From: Octopus vulgaris
Lineage: Eukaryota
Assembly (NCBI GenBank): GCA_951406725.2
Contig: OX597833.1
Coordinates: forward strand, 67,952,001-68,016,000
DNA length: 64,000 nt
Direction: 5' to 3'
The number at the start of each line of letters is the position of its first letter. The stretch's first letter is position 1. This document shows positions 1 to 12,164 of this stretch, piece after piece. The notes under the pieces were generated by a model. It searched no databases. It was given only the letters and a program-made list of their open reading frames with translations, and was not told the origin of the DNA. A program made the position numbers and the translations under genes.

Positions 1-21
1 GAGTTAAGTACAGGGTGGTGT

Positions 22-345
22 TCATGTAAAGAGTTCAGGCCACTTGAGGTCCAGGGAGGCTTTGAACAAAGCGGTCGTCGGCATCTTCACCATCTCGTCT
101 GGCAGCTTGTTCCACGGATCCGCAACCCGGACGGAGAAAGCTCCTCTCCTTCGATTGAGATGAAATCGTCGCAGGTAGAGCTTTTCGGAATGACCCCGCA
201 GCCGACGCTCTGGAGCAGGAGTGAAGAACAGCTCTTTCGAGAGGTTACACTTTCCGCTTATGATGTTGTGGGCGAGAATGAGATCACCACGGCGGCGGCG
301 TTTTTCAAGAGAATAAAGGTCGAGCGTCCTCAGCCTTTCTTCGTA
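22..345 (-). mobile_element. 5'-truncated CR1-type LINE, C-terminus of ORF2 (3' UTR runs off the window start)
   Basis: Manual minus-strand translation gives an uninterrupted frame: YEERLRTLDLYSLEKRRRRGDLILAHNIISGKCNLSKELFFTPAPERRLRGHSEKLYLRRFHLNRRRGAFSVRVADPWNKLPDEMVKMPTTALFKASLDLKWPELFT*. YEERL..L.LYSLE.RR.RGDLI, RGH..KL and FS.RV...WN.LP are typical CR1 post-RT motifs. Not in the ORF track. Confidence 0.9.
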
Positions 346-459
346 AATTATATCAAGGATCGCACAGCCATCAGGCTATGATTTTTTTAGTACCGGGCGT
401 ACGGAAAGGATACATTTAAAATTTTATTTCTATTTTAATGACAATCGCCATGTGCATTG

Positions 460-505
<46 letters not shown>

Positions 506-600
506 ATACAAGAGTGTCTGGACAAACGAAAAAGGAAACTGGGAAACCGGCCCTTATGAGCCAGGCGTGGCAGGAGAAGGAACAAACGACAATTATGGGT

Positions 601-1000
601 TACTCTTTTACTTGTTTCAGTCATTTGACTGCGGCCATGCTGGAGCACCGCCTTTAATCGAGCAACTCGACCCCGGGACTTATTCTTTTGTAAGCCCAGT
701 ACTTATTCTATCGGTCTCTTTTGCCGAACCGCTAAGTAACGGGGACATAAACACACCAGCATCGGTTGTCAAGCAATGCTAGGCGGACAAACACAGACAC
801 ACAAACACACACATGCATATATATATATATATATATATATATACGACGGGCTTCTTTTCAGTTTCCGTCTATCAAATCCACTCACAAGGCTTTGGTCGGC
901 CCGAGGCTATAGTAGAAGACACTTGCCCAAAGTGGCACGCAGTGGGACTGAACCCGGAACCATGTGACTGGTAAACAAGCTACTTACCACACAGCCACTC
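601..1000 (-). mobile_element. SINE family A (tRNA-like head, internal (TA)n, LINE-derived tail), young copy
   Basis: Near-identical reverse complement of 2535-2948. Confidence 0.9.
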
Positions 1001-1449
1001 TCTTAGAAAATACATATGATAGGATGGTTACATTTGGAAAGCATTTGATAACAAGTCTATTCAATGAGGTTCCACTTTGTTCAAGACACCACAACACGGA
1101 GAACTATGAAAACACTCTGAATATTTACTCGGAGAGCGTTTATTTTAAATTTATCGTATTTTCATTTCGTTGTTTGTTGTGTGGCTAATCGTAATAAATT
1201 TAGTTTTATCTGTGTCAGCAAATTTTATTAGAAAGGGGTTAAAACACCAAAAGCAAACTATCGCTTCATAAAATATTGAAGAATCGTGTCATAGAATCGT
1301 AAATTAAATTCGTAGGAATGTCAGTATGCTTGAATAAAATAATTTTCAAGTAATTAACAAAGCGAAATTTCGTTATTTTGTTTTTAAGAATTTGAATAAA
1401 ATGACAAAAAAAAAAAAAAACCCCCAAAAACAAAAAAGAAAACAGCAAG

Positions 1450-2085
1450 GCTGTGCAGTCGCAGCAATTTATGTTCCATGTTCAGCCCCATTAAACTCCA
1501 AAGTGAAAAAGTGTCTTCATTAGCCCCCGGCTCGACTGAGACCTTTGTAAGTGATTTTGTCTAAAAGAGACTTTGAGAAGGCCGTTGTGTAAGCATGTTT
1601 GTTTGTCTGTCTGTTTGTCTCTTGCATCTCCCACAACGCACCCACATCCTTATATCTATATGTGTGTGTGATCCACCGCTTGACAACGGTTGTTTGTTAA
1701 CATCCTAGTGATCGAGCGGTTCGGCAAAAGTAACTGATAGAATTAGTCGTGGCTTTAATATAAAGAGCTGAGAAGGCGGCGAGCTGGCAGAAACGTTAGC
1801 GCGCCGGGTGAAATGCGTAGCCGTATTTTGTCTGCCGTTTCGTTCTGAGCTCAAATTCCGCCGAGGTCGACTTTGCCTTTCATCCTTTCGGGGTCGATTA
1901 AATAAGTACCAGTTACGCACTGGTGTCGATATAATCGACTTGATCCGTTTGTCTGTCCTTGTTTGTCCCCTCTGTGTTTAGCCCCTTGTGGGTAATAAAG
2001 AAATAAATATAAAGAGCTGAGTTTGATTTGTTTGGCTAAATCTACAGGGTGGTGCTTCAGCACGGCTGCAGTCCAATGTCTAAAT
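1450..2085 (+). mobile_element. Old, diverged SINE-A copy split by a SINE-B insertion
   Basis: Degenerate SINE-A blocks (gcggttcggcaaaag; ggtggtgcttcagcacggctgcagtc) on both sides of 1775-2005. Confidence 0.7.
1775..2005 (+). mobile_element. SINE family B (GGCGGCGAGCTGGCAGAA head; central domain resembling the Meta/Sauria-SINE core), full length with 16-bp TSD
   Basis: Central ggtcgactttgcctttcatcctttcggggtcgat; TSD aatataaagagctgag at 1757-1772 and 2006-2021; more than 10 copies in the window. Confidence 0.9.
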
Positions 2086-2534
2086 CTAATATAAAATTTA
2101 TAAAAGAATGAAATTCACATTATAAAAGCTGAGGAAATGAAATTATGAAAAAAAAGAACAAACGAAAAATCATTTCAGAAACAAGACGTACAACGGCGAT
2201 GTGCAAATAAAGATATGAACTATTTAATATTCGCGGAATCGGAGAATAGAACAAGAAAAAAATGTCTTAATCTTATCTTTGTTTCGCACGGCAAAGCCGA
2301 AAATAAAATATTGAATTTTAAAATAATGAAAAATAATTAGATGGAAAGCAGCTTAGTATCTCCGACGGAATCTATTTCAAGAAATACCGTTTATATTCAG
2401 AGTCGTAGATATAGTTTATGAAGAATGCAACTGTTTTAATTAGGAAATTGCACAAAAAGGTTAAAGGCTAATTATATCTATTTATATATTTAGCTATCTG
2501 TTTCTTTTTTTTTTTTATTCATTATTCTAAAATA

Positions 2535-2699
2535 GGCGCAGGAGTGGCTGTGTGGTAAGTAGCTTGCTAACCAACCACATGGTTCCAGGTTCAGTCCCAC
2601 TGCGTGGCATCTTGGGCAAGTGTCTTCTGCTATAGCTCCGGGCCGACCAATGCCTTGTGAGTGGATTTGGTAGACGGAAACTGAAAGAAGCCCGTCGTA

Positions 2700-2746
<47 letters not shown>

Positions 2747-2948
2747 TTGTGTGTCTGTGTTTGTCCCCCTAGCATTGCTTGACAACCGATGCTGGTGTGT
2801 TTACGCCCCCGTCACCTAGCGGTTCGGCAAAAGAGACCGATAGAATAAGTACTGGGCTTACAAAGAATAAGTCCCGGGGTCGATTTGCTCGACTGAAGGC
2901 GGTGCTCCAGCATGGCCGCAGTTAAATGACTGAAACAAGTAAAAGAGT
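2535..2948 (+). mobile_element. SINE family A, full-length young copy
   Basis: A-box-like tggctgtgtgg and B-box-like ggttcagtcc, internal (TA)n, tail ggcggtgctccagcatggccgcagt; multiple copies in window. Confidence 0.9.
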
Positions 2949-3500
2949 TTATCTGAAGAAAGTGGTAGAATGTGTTGAGAATGGCCGAGCGTCAATGTTT
3001 GTCGCTCAACGAGACAAAGAATTTGGTGTTCTTGCACAAATGTAGTTGTTGAGGGTTTTGTTTTTATTGAGTTTGTATGCTGGGCACCCCCTTCTCAGCC
3101 GGTTGAGCTAGATCAGAGCTATCTTGGGCTCAGTAGATTCATGGAAATATGCATACCAACTGCATGGCCATAGCGATATTTATACAGGCAAGCTGTATGT
3201 AGCTGCTAGTTATCCAAAACGAAGCACTCCAAGCGAAACCTGAAATCCTAGTGAAACAGTCTAATGATCCTTGTTAATCAGTTTGGGCGGTTACACCACC
3301 ATTTCCACTTTGACTTCCCATAAAATTTGTACACGTTCAACAAATTCTTCTGGTAACTTCACAGAATTTACAGTCGCATCCAGCTACGCCAGTTTCGTTG
3401 AATTTACGGTCCTCACAGCGATGGCAATGTACATAAATAAGCCATGCGTGCTTTAAATCGGTTGACATAAATACACGACGAACCGTTGCCGTGCGCTAAA

Positions 3501-3557
3501 TGATTACCGCCATGATTACCGCTATGATTACCGCTATGATTACCGAGATGATTACCG
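3501..3557. repeat. 12-bp tandem repeat (atgattaccgNN) x5
   Basis: Directly visible. Confidence 0.9.
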
Positions 3558-3822
3558 TTAGTGTAACCTAGCTGTCTGATAACAAAAAAACAACAACAAA
3601 AAGAAATCGTTATCCTGGGGTTAATACCGTCTGGCAGCGATATGATTAATTTAATCCTTATCATAGCTACTTGTTGTTTTGTGATATTGATGTAGGGATT
3701 CATAATGTCACAGATCACTTGTATGTTAACGTAAATAGTCGGAGTTCATGGTTGGTTAGTGTTGTGTGTTAATGGAATTGTAGAGTGGTGTAGTTCAACT
3801 CACAGGGGAAGAAAGAGGGACT

Positions 3823-3856
<34 letters not shown>

Positions 3857-4093
3857 GAAAAAGACAAGGAAAGAGAAAGGCAGATACTCATGGAATGGGA
3901 GAAGTATAAGGATAATAGTGAAACCTCAATAAAGAGAGACGTTGAATGAGAAACGGTACAAGAGACAAACGTGATCTGATACGTAGAAAGATGCAGGGAT
4001 GTGGACAAAGGGCAAATGAAAGTTATACGAAAGAACAAAATAGAGAAGGATGGAGATATCAAGAAAGAGAGAAGCATAAAGCCATGTAGTGAG

Positions 4094-4132
<39 letters not shown>

Positions 4133-4929
4133 CATACAGAGAGAGAGAGACCGGGAGAGATGATTGTATGGTGAGTGTGGCAGACCTAATTATTGATATA
4201 GAGGAAGATAGAGATTTAAGTATCTTGAGAGAGTTGGGGGGAGAGCCAAACGGAAGGAAACAAAAGAGACTGAAATAAGTTGAGAGGTGTAAGAAATATC
4301 AATTGTATTTGGTCAATCCAGTTGATTCGAGTAGAAAAGCAATTCTTTTAGAGACTAATCACGCTAGTCTATTGATATATTCCTATCTTGCCGTCAAAAC
4401 GATCATATCACGCAATCAATCATTTTACCTTCAACTTGTGAGATATTTCTGCCAAAGACATCGACTATTAGGAAAGTTTGCTGCTTTCACAAAGTATAAT
4501 TCAATTTGCAAATGCGTCGAGAATTGCAAAAATTTACTCGACCTCACAAGCAAAGTAATAAACGCGTTCTTACTTCCATCTTTCAATCGATCCGTGGCCA
4601 TCCTTTCTTTAATTCTTCCTTCCTCTTTTCCTTCTTTACTATTTCTTTCTTTTCTCTAGTAATTCACATCAACTTTGCTGAAGGTGAAGATGTGTCGAGA
4701 ACCACAATTATCAGGATAAATAAGATTTAGAAAGATGAAAAAAAAAAAAATAAATAAAATTTAAAAAAATTGTAACCCCCTCCAAATAAGACACACTGTT
4801 GTTATTATTATTATTGTTGTTGTTGTTGTTGTTGAAGAGGTGGTGGTTTTAATCGCTTATATTATTGAGGACGATTGAAGATAATCAATGACGACGTCTG
4901 ATAGTCGCCATTGTTGTAGGTCACACTCA

Positions 4930-5107
4930 CACACACATATATATATATATGTGTATATATGTATATGTGTATATATGTATGTATATGTGTATATATGTAT
5001 ATATATGTGTATATATGTATATATATGTGTATATATGTATATATATGTGTATATATGTATATATATGTGTATATATGTGTATATATGTATATATATGTAT
5101 ATATATA
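4930..5107. repeat. (TA/TG)n compound microsatellite
   Basis: Directly visible. Confidence 0.95.
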
Positions 5108-5727
5108 CTGCTACACGCTTTAGCGAGGTGTCGATGCAATTTTTTTAAGTGTCTGGTGCATCTGAAAGGCTACATCACGATATAGGCCTATTCTTATGTA
5201 GGTCTATATAATGTATTAATGAAAAGAAATGAAATAAAATACAATAAGACGAATTAGACATTAATTCCAAGAAGTTTCCTTCCTTTATAATACCGAAGTA
5301 ACTGCGTTGCTTGAACATCGGACATTTCCTTTCGTCGGATACATCACTATGAGGTCAGCCATGATGAGACAGACGTATACCGAAGTTTATTAATGTCGGA
5401 AGAAACACTTATCATACTCAGACATAACATATCGAGAAATAAATTATAAATCGTGTCTACGTGCGTGTTTCTGCTTTCAAATTTAATTACTGAGTAACGT
5501 CACACCTGCCAGTACGTACACACAGACAGACACACACACACACAGACACACACCAAACTACACGTTTTGTATGTCAGGATATCACCTACATACATATAGT
5601 TTAGGCGTATTTCTCTTTCAATTAGTAGTGACAGTGAGCGTCTAATTTATAAAGGTACCTTAGATAGCTTTACTTTAAAGTAGTTTAGCTCAAATATTAT
5701 ATATTTCTTTATTGCTCACAAGGGTGG

Positions 5728-5960
5728 ATGCAGATGTCTTTAAAATGAAACTGGTTCTCTTCTTGTCAGGTATCTCAAATGAACCAACTTCACGGTAGGA
5801 GGTGCAGATGAGGGCAGCTGCATCGAACTCTCTCATGCACCAAATGACAATTGCTAAAAAGCATTCGTGAAGTAAAATCATGTAGCAACACCAAATGGCG
5901 GTGCTCCAGCATGGCCACAGCTTGTGAGCTGAACCTAGATATATAAAAAAAAAAATAATA
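5728..5960 (+). mobile_element. 3' end of a second CR1/L2-group LINE (copy 1)
   Basis: Consensus of the copies reads [45 protein letters not shown] (FK.KLD.FL..IPD.P...RAA.SNSL is a CR1-group ORF2 end), then a short UTR and A/AAT tail. Confidence 0.75.
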
Positions 5961-6084
5961 AAAGGGGCTAAACATAGAGGGGACAAACAAGGATAGACAA
6001 AGGGATTAAGTCGATTACATCGACTCCAGTGCGAAACTGGTACTTTATTTATCGACCCCGAAAGGATGAAAGGCAAAATCAAAC

Positions 6085-6322
6085 ATGCAGATGTCTTTAA
6101 AATGAAACTGGATCTCTTCTTGTCAGGTATCCCAGATGAACCAACTTCATGACAGGAGGTGCAGATGAGGGCAGCTGCATCGAACTCTCTCATGCACCAA
6201 ATGGCAATTGCTAAAAAGCATTCGTGAAGTAAAATCATGTAGCAACACCAAATGGCGGTGCCCCAGCATGGCCACAGCTTGTGAGCTGAAACTAGATAAA
6301 TAGATAAAAAAATAATAATAAT
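6085..6322 (+). mobile_element. 3' end of the same LINE (copy 2, duplicated)
   Basis: Near-identical to 5728-5960. Confidence 0.75.
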
Positions 6323-7169
6323 GAAAGGGGCTAAACATAGAGGGGACAAACAAGGACAGACAAAGGGATTAAGTCGATTACATCGACTCCAGTGCGAAAC
6401 TGGTACTTTATTTATCGACTCCGAAAGGATGAAAGGCAAAGTCAAACTCTGGCAGAATTTGAACTCAGAACGTAACGACAGACGAAATATCGCTAAGCAT
6501 TTCGCCCGGCGCGCTAACGAGTCTGCCAGCTCGCCGGCTTAGCTCAAATATAATATACCAGGCATGTTTTAGCATTGGAAAACATATATTTTTGTCTTGT
6601 ACCTATTTCTAAAATTCAAATATCCTCACTATTTGCTACGGATGTGTAAAATTGCGAAGCGACGTTATTTTCTGCTTAAGTCTAGCATAAAAGGTCTTCT
6701 CTCATCTCTCAATTGTAAAGAACTACCGAGCATTTAGAATTAAAGAAAAGGTAATTAATTGCCTTTTATCAGGATTATCTTAAATACTCAAGAATTAATC
6801 GCAATTTTTTCCATAAAATTTTTCACTGCAATATAAACGGAGGCAATTGGTGTCAATAGAGATAGAATAATTATCATGTTATTTTCTTCGGCATCTGCCG
6901 GATTTTAAGCGAAAATTAATTGTTTGGAAAAATAAGATAAACGAAAAATGAAAGTCTATTTCCTCATGGGAGAAATAATATTGTAGTCATCCGAAGATTG
7001 GTCTTAATTAACTGGAAGGAAATAATAATAAGAACGCTATCCGGTTTATTAATACAATTGCTGTTAAATGTTGATGAGTAACATTTTACCCGAATTATTA
7101 ATCCGACACTCTTTGCTATGTAAAATCACCTGTACTTACAACAGTGATAAATTCAGAACACCCCTGTGG

Positions 7170-7384
7170 TTTCTGAGAAGGTCTTGGTTTTAAGGGTGTC
7201 CTGAAAGGCCTGGTTGGAGGCCCAATCTTCTGAGTTCTTTTTACAGGGCTTAGAAAAACTGAAGGACCGCTGCAATGATTATGTGAAATTGAGATGGGAA
7301 TATGTTGAAGATAATCATAATTAACTGATCGTCCTGAATTTTGTTTTATCCGAAACCAGTAAGTTTTCAGCACCTGCTCGTGTA
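7170..7384 (+). mobile_element. Mariner-derived MITE, left end eroded
   Basis: Internal part encodes a mariner transposase C-terminus (FLQGLEKLKDRCN..V.LR.EYVE); right TIR ttttcagcacctgctcgtg then TA. Confidence 0.75.
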
Positions 7385-7390
7385 CATATA

Positions 7391-7609
7391 TACACGAGAA
7401 GTGCTGACAAGCTCCTGGTTTTAAGGGTATCAAGAATGACCTGGGTGGAGGTCAAAATTTCCGCGTTCTTTTACAGAACTTCGGAAAATAGGACCGCTGC
7501 AATAAGTGTATGAATCTGAGTGGGGAATACGTTGAATAAAATCATGATTAATTAATAGTTTCGTATTTTCTATGAGCCAAACCCAAAAACTTTTCAGCAC
7601 CCTCACCTA
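7391..7609 (+). mobile_element. Mariner-derived MITE, second adjacent copy
   Basis: TA-cacgagaagtgctgacaag ... acttttcagcaccctcacc-TA; homologous to 7170-7384. Confidence 0.75.
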
Positions 7610-8219
7610 TATCATTCTTTTGTCTTCATCTTAGTTTTTACTCGATGCAATCTCTAAGCTGTGGCCTTGCTGGAGCATCGCGATTAATGTCCCTATATTA
7701 TTAATTATCCTCCTACTTTAAAACATTTAGGAAATGAAGATTTCGAAGTTGCTCCCTTCACTGGTGTTTTTTCCCGTGTAGTAAGCTCATCTGTAATTCT
7801 TATCTGTAGAAAGACCAGTTACCTTTTGCGGACATTTACGTCTAATTTATGTTGGACGAGCAAACCTTTTGATAGGACATTGAACCGGATCTGAAATCGA
7901 GTATGCTTGTCAGTTGATGAGGTGGCGAATGGTAACGAAAAGACTTTGACATACATCACTGGTTGATTGATAGACAGAATGATTAATCATACAATGCGTT
8001 ATTTAACTGATTAATCATTGTAAGTTAAATGTCAATCAATTGACTAATAATGAACATGTCTTCATTATTTGGCTGTTATTCCTACAACATTGACATCGTA
8101 GATGTTCAATTTTCATTCAATAAATTAAATCTGGTGCATATTCAGAACTGTATAAAAAAAGTATTTTGAATTAGTTATCATAACATGAATCCTACATAAT
8201 TGTTGGAGGTTATTTACTG

Positions 8220-8345
8220 CCGAGGTGACTGAAGCATGTTGCTCATGAATACACCACCCGCCCCGGGAATCGAAACCACAATATCAAGATCCAAACAATC
8301 TTACGATCCTGAGTGAAATACTCTAATCACTAGGCAATAGACTCT
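8220..8345 (-). mobile_element. Diverged SINE-C head fragment
   Basis: ccgggaatcgaaacc ... ctctaatcactagg matches the reverse complement of the tRNA-like head at 42050 and 57125. Confidence 0.55.
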
Positions 8346-9048
8346 CACTACTTTGAAGTTATCCATTTGAAATTGGCTCCTAATTGACGCCCAGCGTATT
8401 GTTTCTATCAATAGTGACCATTATAATAATTTTCAGATTGAATAAATGCAGCAGTGGATATGATTGACTAAAAAAAACCCCCAGAAGCGCGGCCCCCAGA
8501 CGGCTGCAGCTCACAGAGTGACGCCATCACGTCAATAAAATTTGTGAAATATTGAAGATATACAGATAAACGGAGCTCAATTAGATTGAAAATTGAATAA
8601 TTATTTCAATAACAATATTCAAAACGTTTAACTCTAAATTCCATATGTTTTACATCTCGGCAGAACTGTTCCAATTGCTATAATTTGCCACTCGTTTTTT
8701 CTTTTTTTTTTTATTATTTTCATGGAGCAACAAAACAGTTTAGAGATTACGAAGAAGAAAATCGAGTTTAATAGACCGGAAATTCCAAACTACTCTATCA
8801 ATAACTCATTATAGAAATATTATGAATGTGTAAGCTGTAGTTGTTGATGTTTGGCAGAGAATGTAGAGTGCAGATTAATGGAATTCTGAATGTATATGTT
8901 TAGGAGAATTGATTCCTGGCCGTATTAAATAAATTGAAGTCAGCTGTTGAAGGTCAATCCAATTTTCTAATATTCTAAACAAAATCAATATTGAATGTAT
9001 TTCAGTTTTGCAATAAGACAAATTAAAGAAGATCAACATAAAATAAAG

Positions 9049-9079
<31 letters not shown>

Positions 9080-9790
9080 GTTGTGTCAAGTTTTAGTTTC
9101 AAGGAATAAAACGGAGATTATTTTCTCGGGTTATTTATTTTTTTTTTATGTAATATTTTGTTAGTGGAAATTGTTTGAATAAAATGGTGATTGATTTCTT
9201 GTCAGTTGGGTAAAAAAAAAAAGAGAAAAAAGAACAATACTGAGAGGGAAAGAAGAAAGGAAGACAAGGTAGAGAGAATAAGTGAAACAAATTGAATATA
9301 TGTATCAGAAAGGCAGTGAGAAAGGCTAAAAGGAGGGAATGTCATAAACCCTCAGAGAGAGAGAGAGAGTATTATATATATGTGTATATATGTTTGTATG
9401 TAATGACTACAAAAGATATGAGATCTCAAGTAGAAAGAAATAAACATATAATTAGGAAAACATCAACAGAAGTGTCAATATCATTGTAAGCATTTAACAG
9501 CGATGTATATGGAATTTTTTATCAGCTGTAACATCACATTACTTTGTATATGTGTGTTTCTCTCTCTCTCTCTCTCTCACATACGCGCACACACATGCAC
9601 ACAAACGTGTGGCCGAAACTGTAGTGATAATTGGAAATTTGACTGGTGAATAGACAGCCACAAATGTTCAGTCCTTGTAGCGTCCATCTGTCCGTGTTTT
9701 CATTGTCGTCCGTTACGTTCTTGTTCCGTTTTGGGGATTTATATATAAATATAGCAGCGTACGTACACCTATTGCTCAGCTCATATATAG

Positions 9791-9854
<64 letters not shown>

Positions 9855-10000
9855 CGTACGTACGTTAATGTTTGTATTCATGTCGAGTTGTAATGAAAAC
9901 AATTTTGCATTCATTTGAAGGATTATCCAATAGCATTTCTAGAGTGCATTTAGTACCTTTCACAAGAAAGGTTGACAGTGAGTTCGAAACTTTCAATAGG

Positions 10001-10042
10001 CAGTCCGATGAAGTCTAGTAGGTCGAAACTTCGAAGTCCCCA
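10001..10042 (+). ncRNA. Degenerate minimal type-I hammerhead-like motif (Penelope-type)
   Basis: CCGATGA-A-weak stem II-GAAAC-TTCGAA-GTC; palindromic stem III acttcgaagt; stem I pairs poorly. Confidence 0.45.
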
Positions 10043-10335
10043 ACACGAATATCTTTTGTAACACATTGCTTTATTCCAGCGTCATACATACAATTTTCTC
10101 AAATTCTCTCTCTAATCTTCAACTAGGTTTGGTGTTTTTGGTTTGATGAGAGTATTACGAATTTTTCAAGGATGTTCATTGATGTTATTCATGCAAACGT
10201 TTAGTCGTGTTTATATATTTCATTTTTAGATTTGGTTTTCAAGATTCTTTATATGAGTTCGTGTGTTGAAGCATATTCTATTGTGTCTGGGGAGAGTCAT
10301 TATCTTTTTGTGTCTTATAATGTAACACACTCACC

Positions 10336-10483
10336 GGTAAAATTTCCACTTTTTTCTTATTTTTATTTTCCTAAAATTTTCGTTGCGTCTTGCAACCTTT
10401 TCAATAGTCGACTATTGAAAAGGTTGCAAGACGCAACGAAAATTTTAGGAAAATAAAAATAAGAAATAAGTGGAAATTTTACC
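10336..10483. repeat. Near-perfect 148-bp loopless palindrome, probably inverted Penelope-like ends
   Basis: 74-bp arms centred on agtc|gact (10409/10410); weaker match extends to about 10324-10495. Confidence 0.95.
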
Positions 10484-11349
10484 AGTAAGCGTGTTTATGT
10501 AATTGCACGAGAATTAGGAAAGATATGAATTGCTGAATTATACACCTCTATGTAGGCGTTCAGACTGCATATATCGGAGGTCTGTCAGTGATCAAAGTGG
10601 ACCATGCCTCGCCGCATTGTATACACAGACCAATCAAGGAAAACTCGTAGCTGCTCATGCCTACGAGAATCGCCATCTTTACACCGCCAATATTTAATCA
10701 AGAGAATGGCTGCCAATTTAGGAAGACACAGTTTGGCACCAGTTACAGCCGGCATAAAGACTTGATTTCTGCGTAAATTTTATTGACTCGATTTTAAATT
10801 GTTTGACCATTTTAAAATCATTTTTGAGTTTAATGTCGAATCTCTTTCACTCCACCTACGCAACATAATGAATCAATGACGCAATGGTATATTTATTCTT
10901 CTCGCGGGACCGCCATACCTTCAGTCTAGACACCAAACATCAATTACCAGTTTTTTTCTCTGTGTGCATTGAGCGCATCTTTCAGTGAATACACCCGAAA
11001 GTGATTTTGGTTTCTTCTTTGCAAATTAATGAAGCGTGAACAATTATTTAGCTTTTTATTTGTTTATTTTTTAATTGCTGGATGCTAGCAAACTACATTG
11101 GATATTTATAAATAGACAGCAAGACTCATGGAAATGAAAATTCTATGTTTATAAATGTTCTTATTTCAATTTTGATGGTAATTCAGAGAATTGTATGTTG
11201 CTTGATGGTATAAATGATTTTGAATAAGGTTTTCTATTTCAAAACACACCAAAGACTGTCTTTAGCGTAATCACAGATCTTGCTTATTTTCCATTTAGTT
11301 TCATCGTTTTAAGCCTGTTTAAGCATTATACCCGAGCCCATCCTCAGGC

Positions 11350-11640
11350 TATCCTGTACTGGCTTTAGTCATTGTACAGCGTCCATGCTAGGAAATGATT
11401 TGAAATATAGTAGTCAGGCATATCAACTCCGATATTTATTTTCTAATGTCTCTAGCTTATGTCGTTCCCTTTTGCCGAGACACTAAGTTATATAGACGTA
11501 AACAAACTATCATAGGTTGCCATAGAGGGAAACACGCACACAGTTTTCGTCTGCCAAGTTTACTTACAGATTATTGGTCAGTCCGGGTCTATACTAAAGA
11601 CTTGCAAAAGACACTGCGCGGTGGGACTGAATGCAGCCAT
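11350..11640 (-). mobile_element. Diverged SINE-A
   Basis: ttttgccgaga, gttttcgtctgccaag and cggtgggactgaa blocks. Confidence 0.6.
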
Positions 11641-12164
11641 TTCTATGCCCATATGGGACGAAAATCTTATGAATATTTATTATTATTAAAGCTCCATGAC
11701 GTTAATTGACTCTAAGAATACAAAACAATATTGCTGGTTTGTAATGAAGAAAGTAACTAGGTTTGTACTTCTGGTTTCCCTTTAACTGATTCAAGCTCCT
11801 ACATGTAACTCAGATAACCTGCTGAAAAATTCCATTTTATCTTTCGGAGATGTACTTGACAGGCAAATGATTTGATCTGACGTTGTGTGCTGAAGCAAAA
11901 AACAAAGCTCGGAAGACATTTTAGTCATTTAAAAACACAAATTTCACTTAAGACTTGGCATTAAACTTTCTGTTGCACCTTCAGCAAACTGGTCGCAAAA
12001 GCACCCCCGCTGCATCTTCATAAAATCTCTTGAACGCCGGAAACTTTATCCTTAATATATCAAAAAACAATAACCATGCATTATATTGCTTTGTTGTGGA
12101 AATAAATCTAATGTGACTTTTTGTATGTATTTTAATTACAATGTAATTTACCAAATGATTTACA

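Larger units (their letters stand above)
5698..6538 (-). mobile_element. SINE-B with 13-bp TSD, interrupted by a LINE 3' end and partly tandem-duplicated
   Basis: TSD ttagctcaaatat at 5685-5697 and 6539-6551; SINE tail at 5701-5724, head ends near 6536; units of about 360 bp at 5728-6084 and 6085-6447. Confidence 0.85.

Noticed and set aside
160-381. 73-aa + strand ORF
   Set aside because: Antisense shadow of the CR1 ORF2 fragment
3501-3557. Regularly spaced repeat as a CRISPR-like array
   Set aside because: Contiguous 12-bp units with no spacers, in eukaryotic context
5690-6445. 251-aa ORF with two internal repeats
   Set aside because: Read-through of a duplicated SINE and antisense LINE fragment
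8519-8535. tgacgccatcacgtca CREB/ATF-like motif pair in a short GC patch
   Set aside because: Too short to distinguish from chance without conservation data
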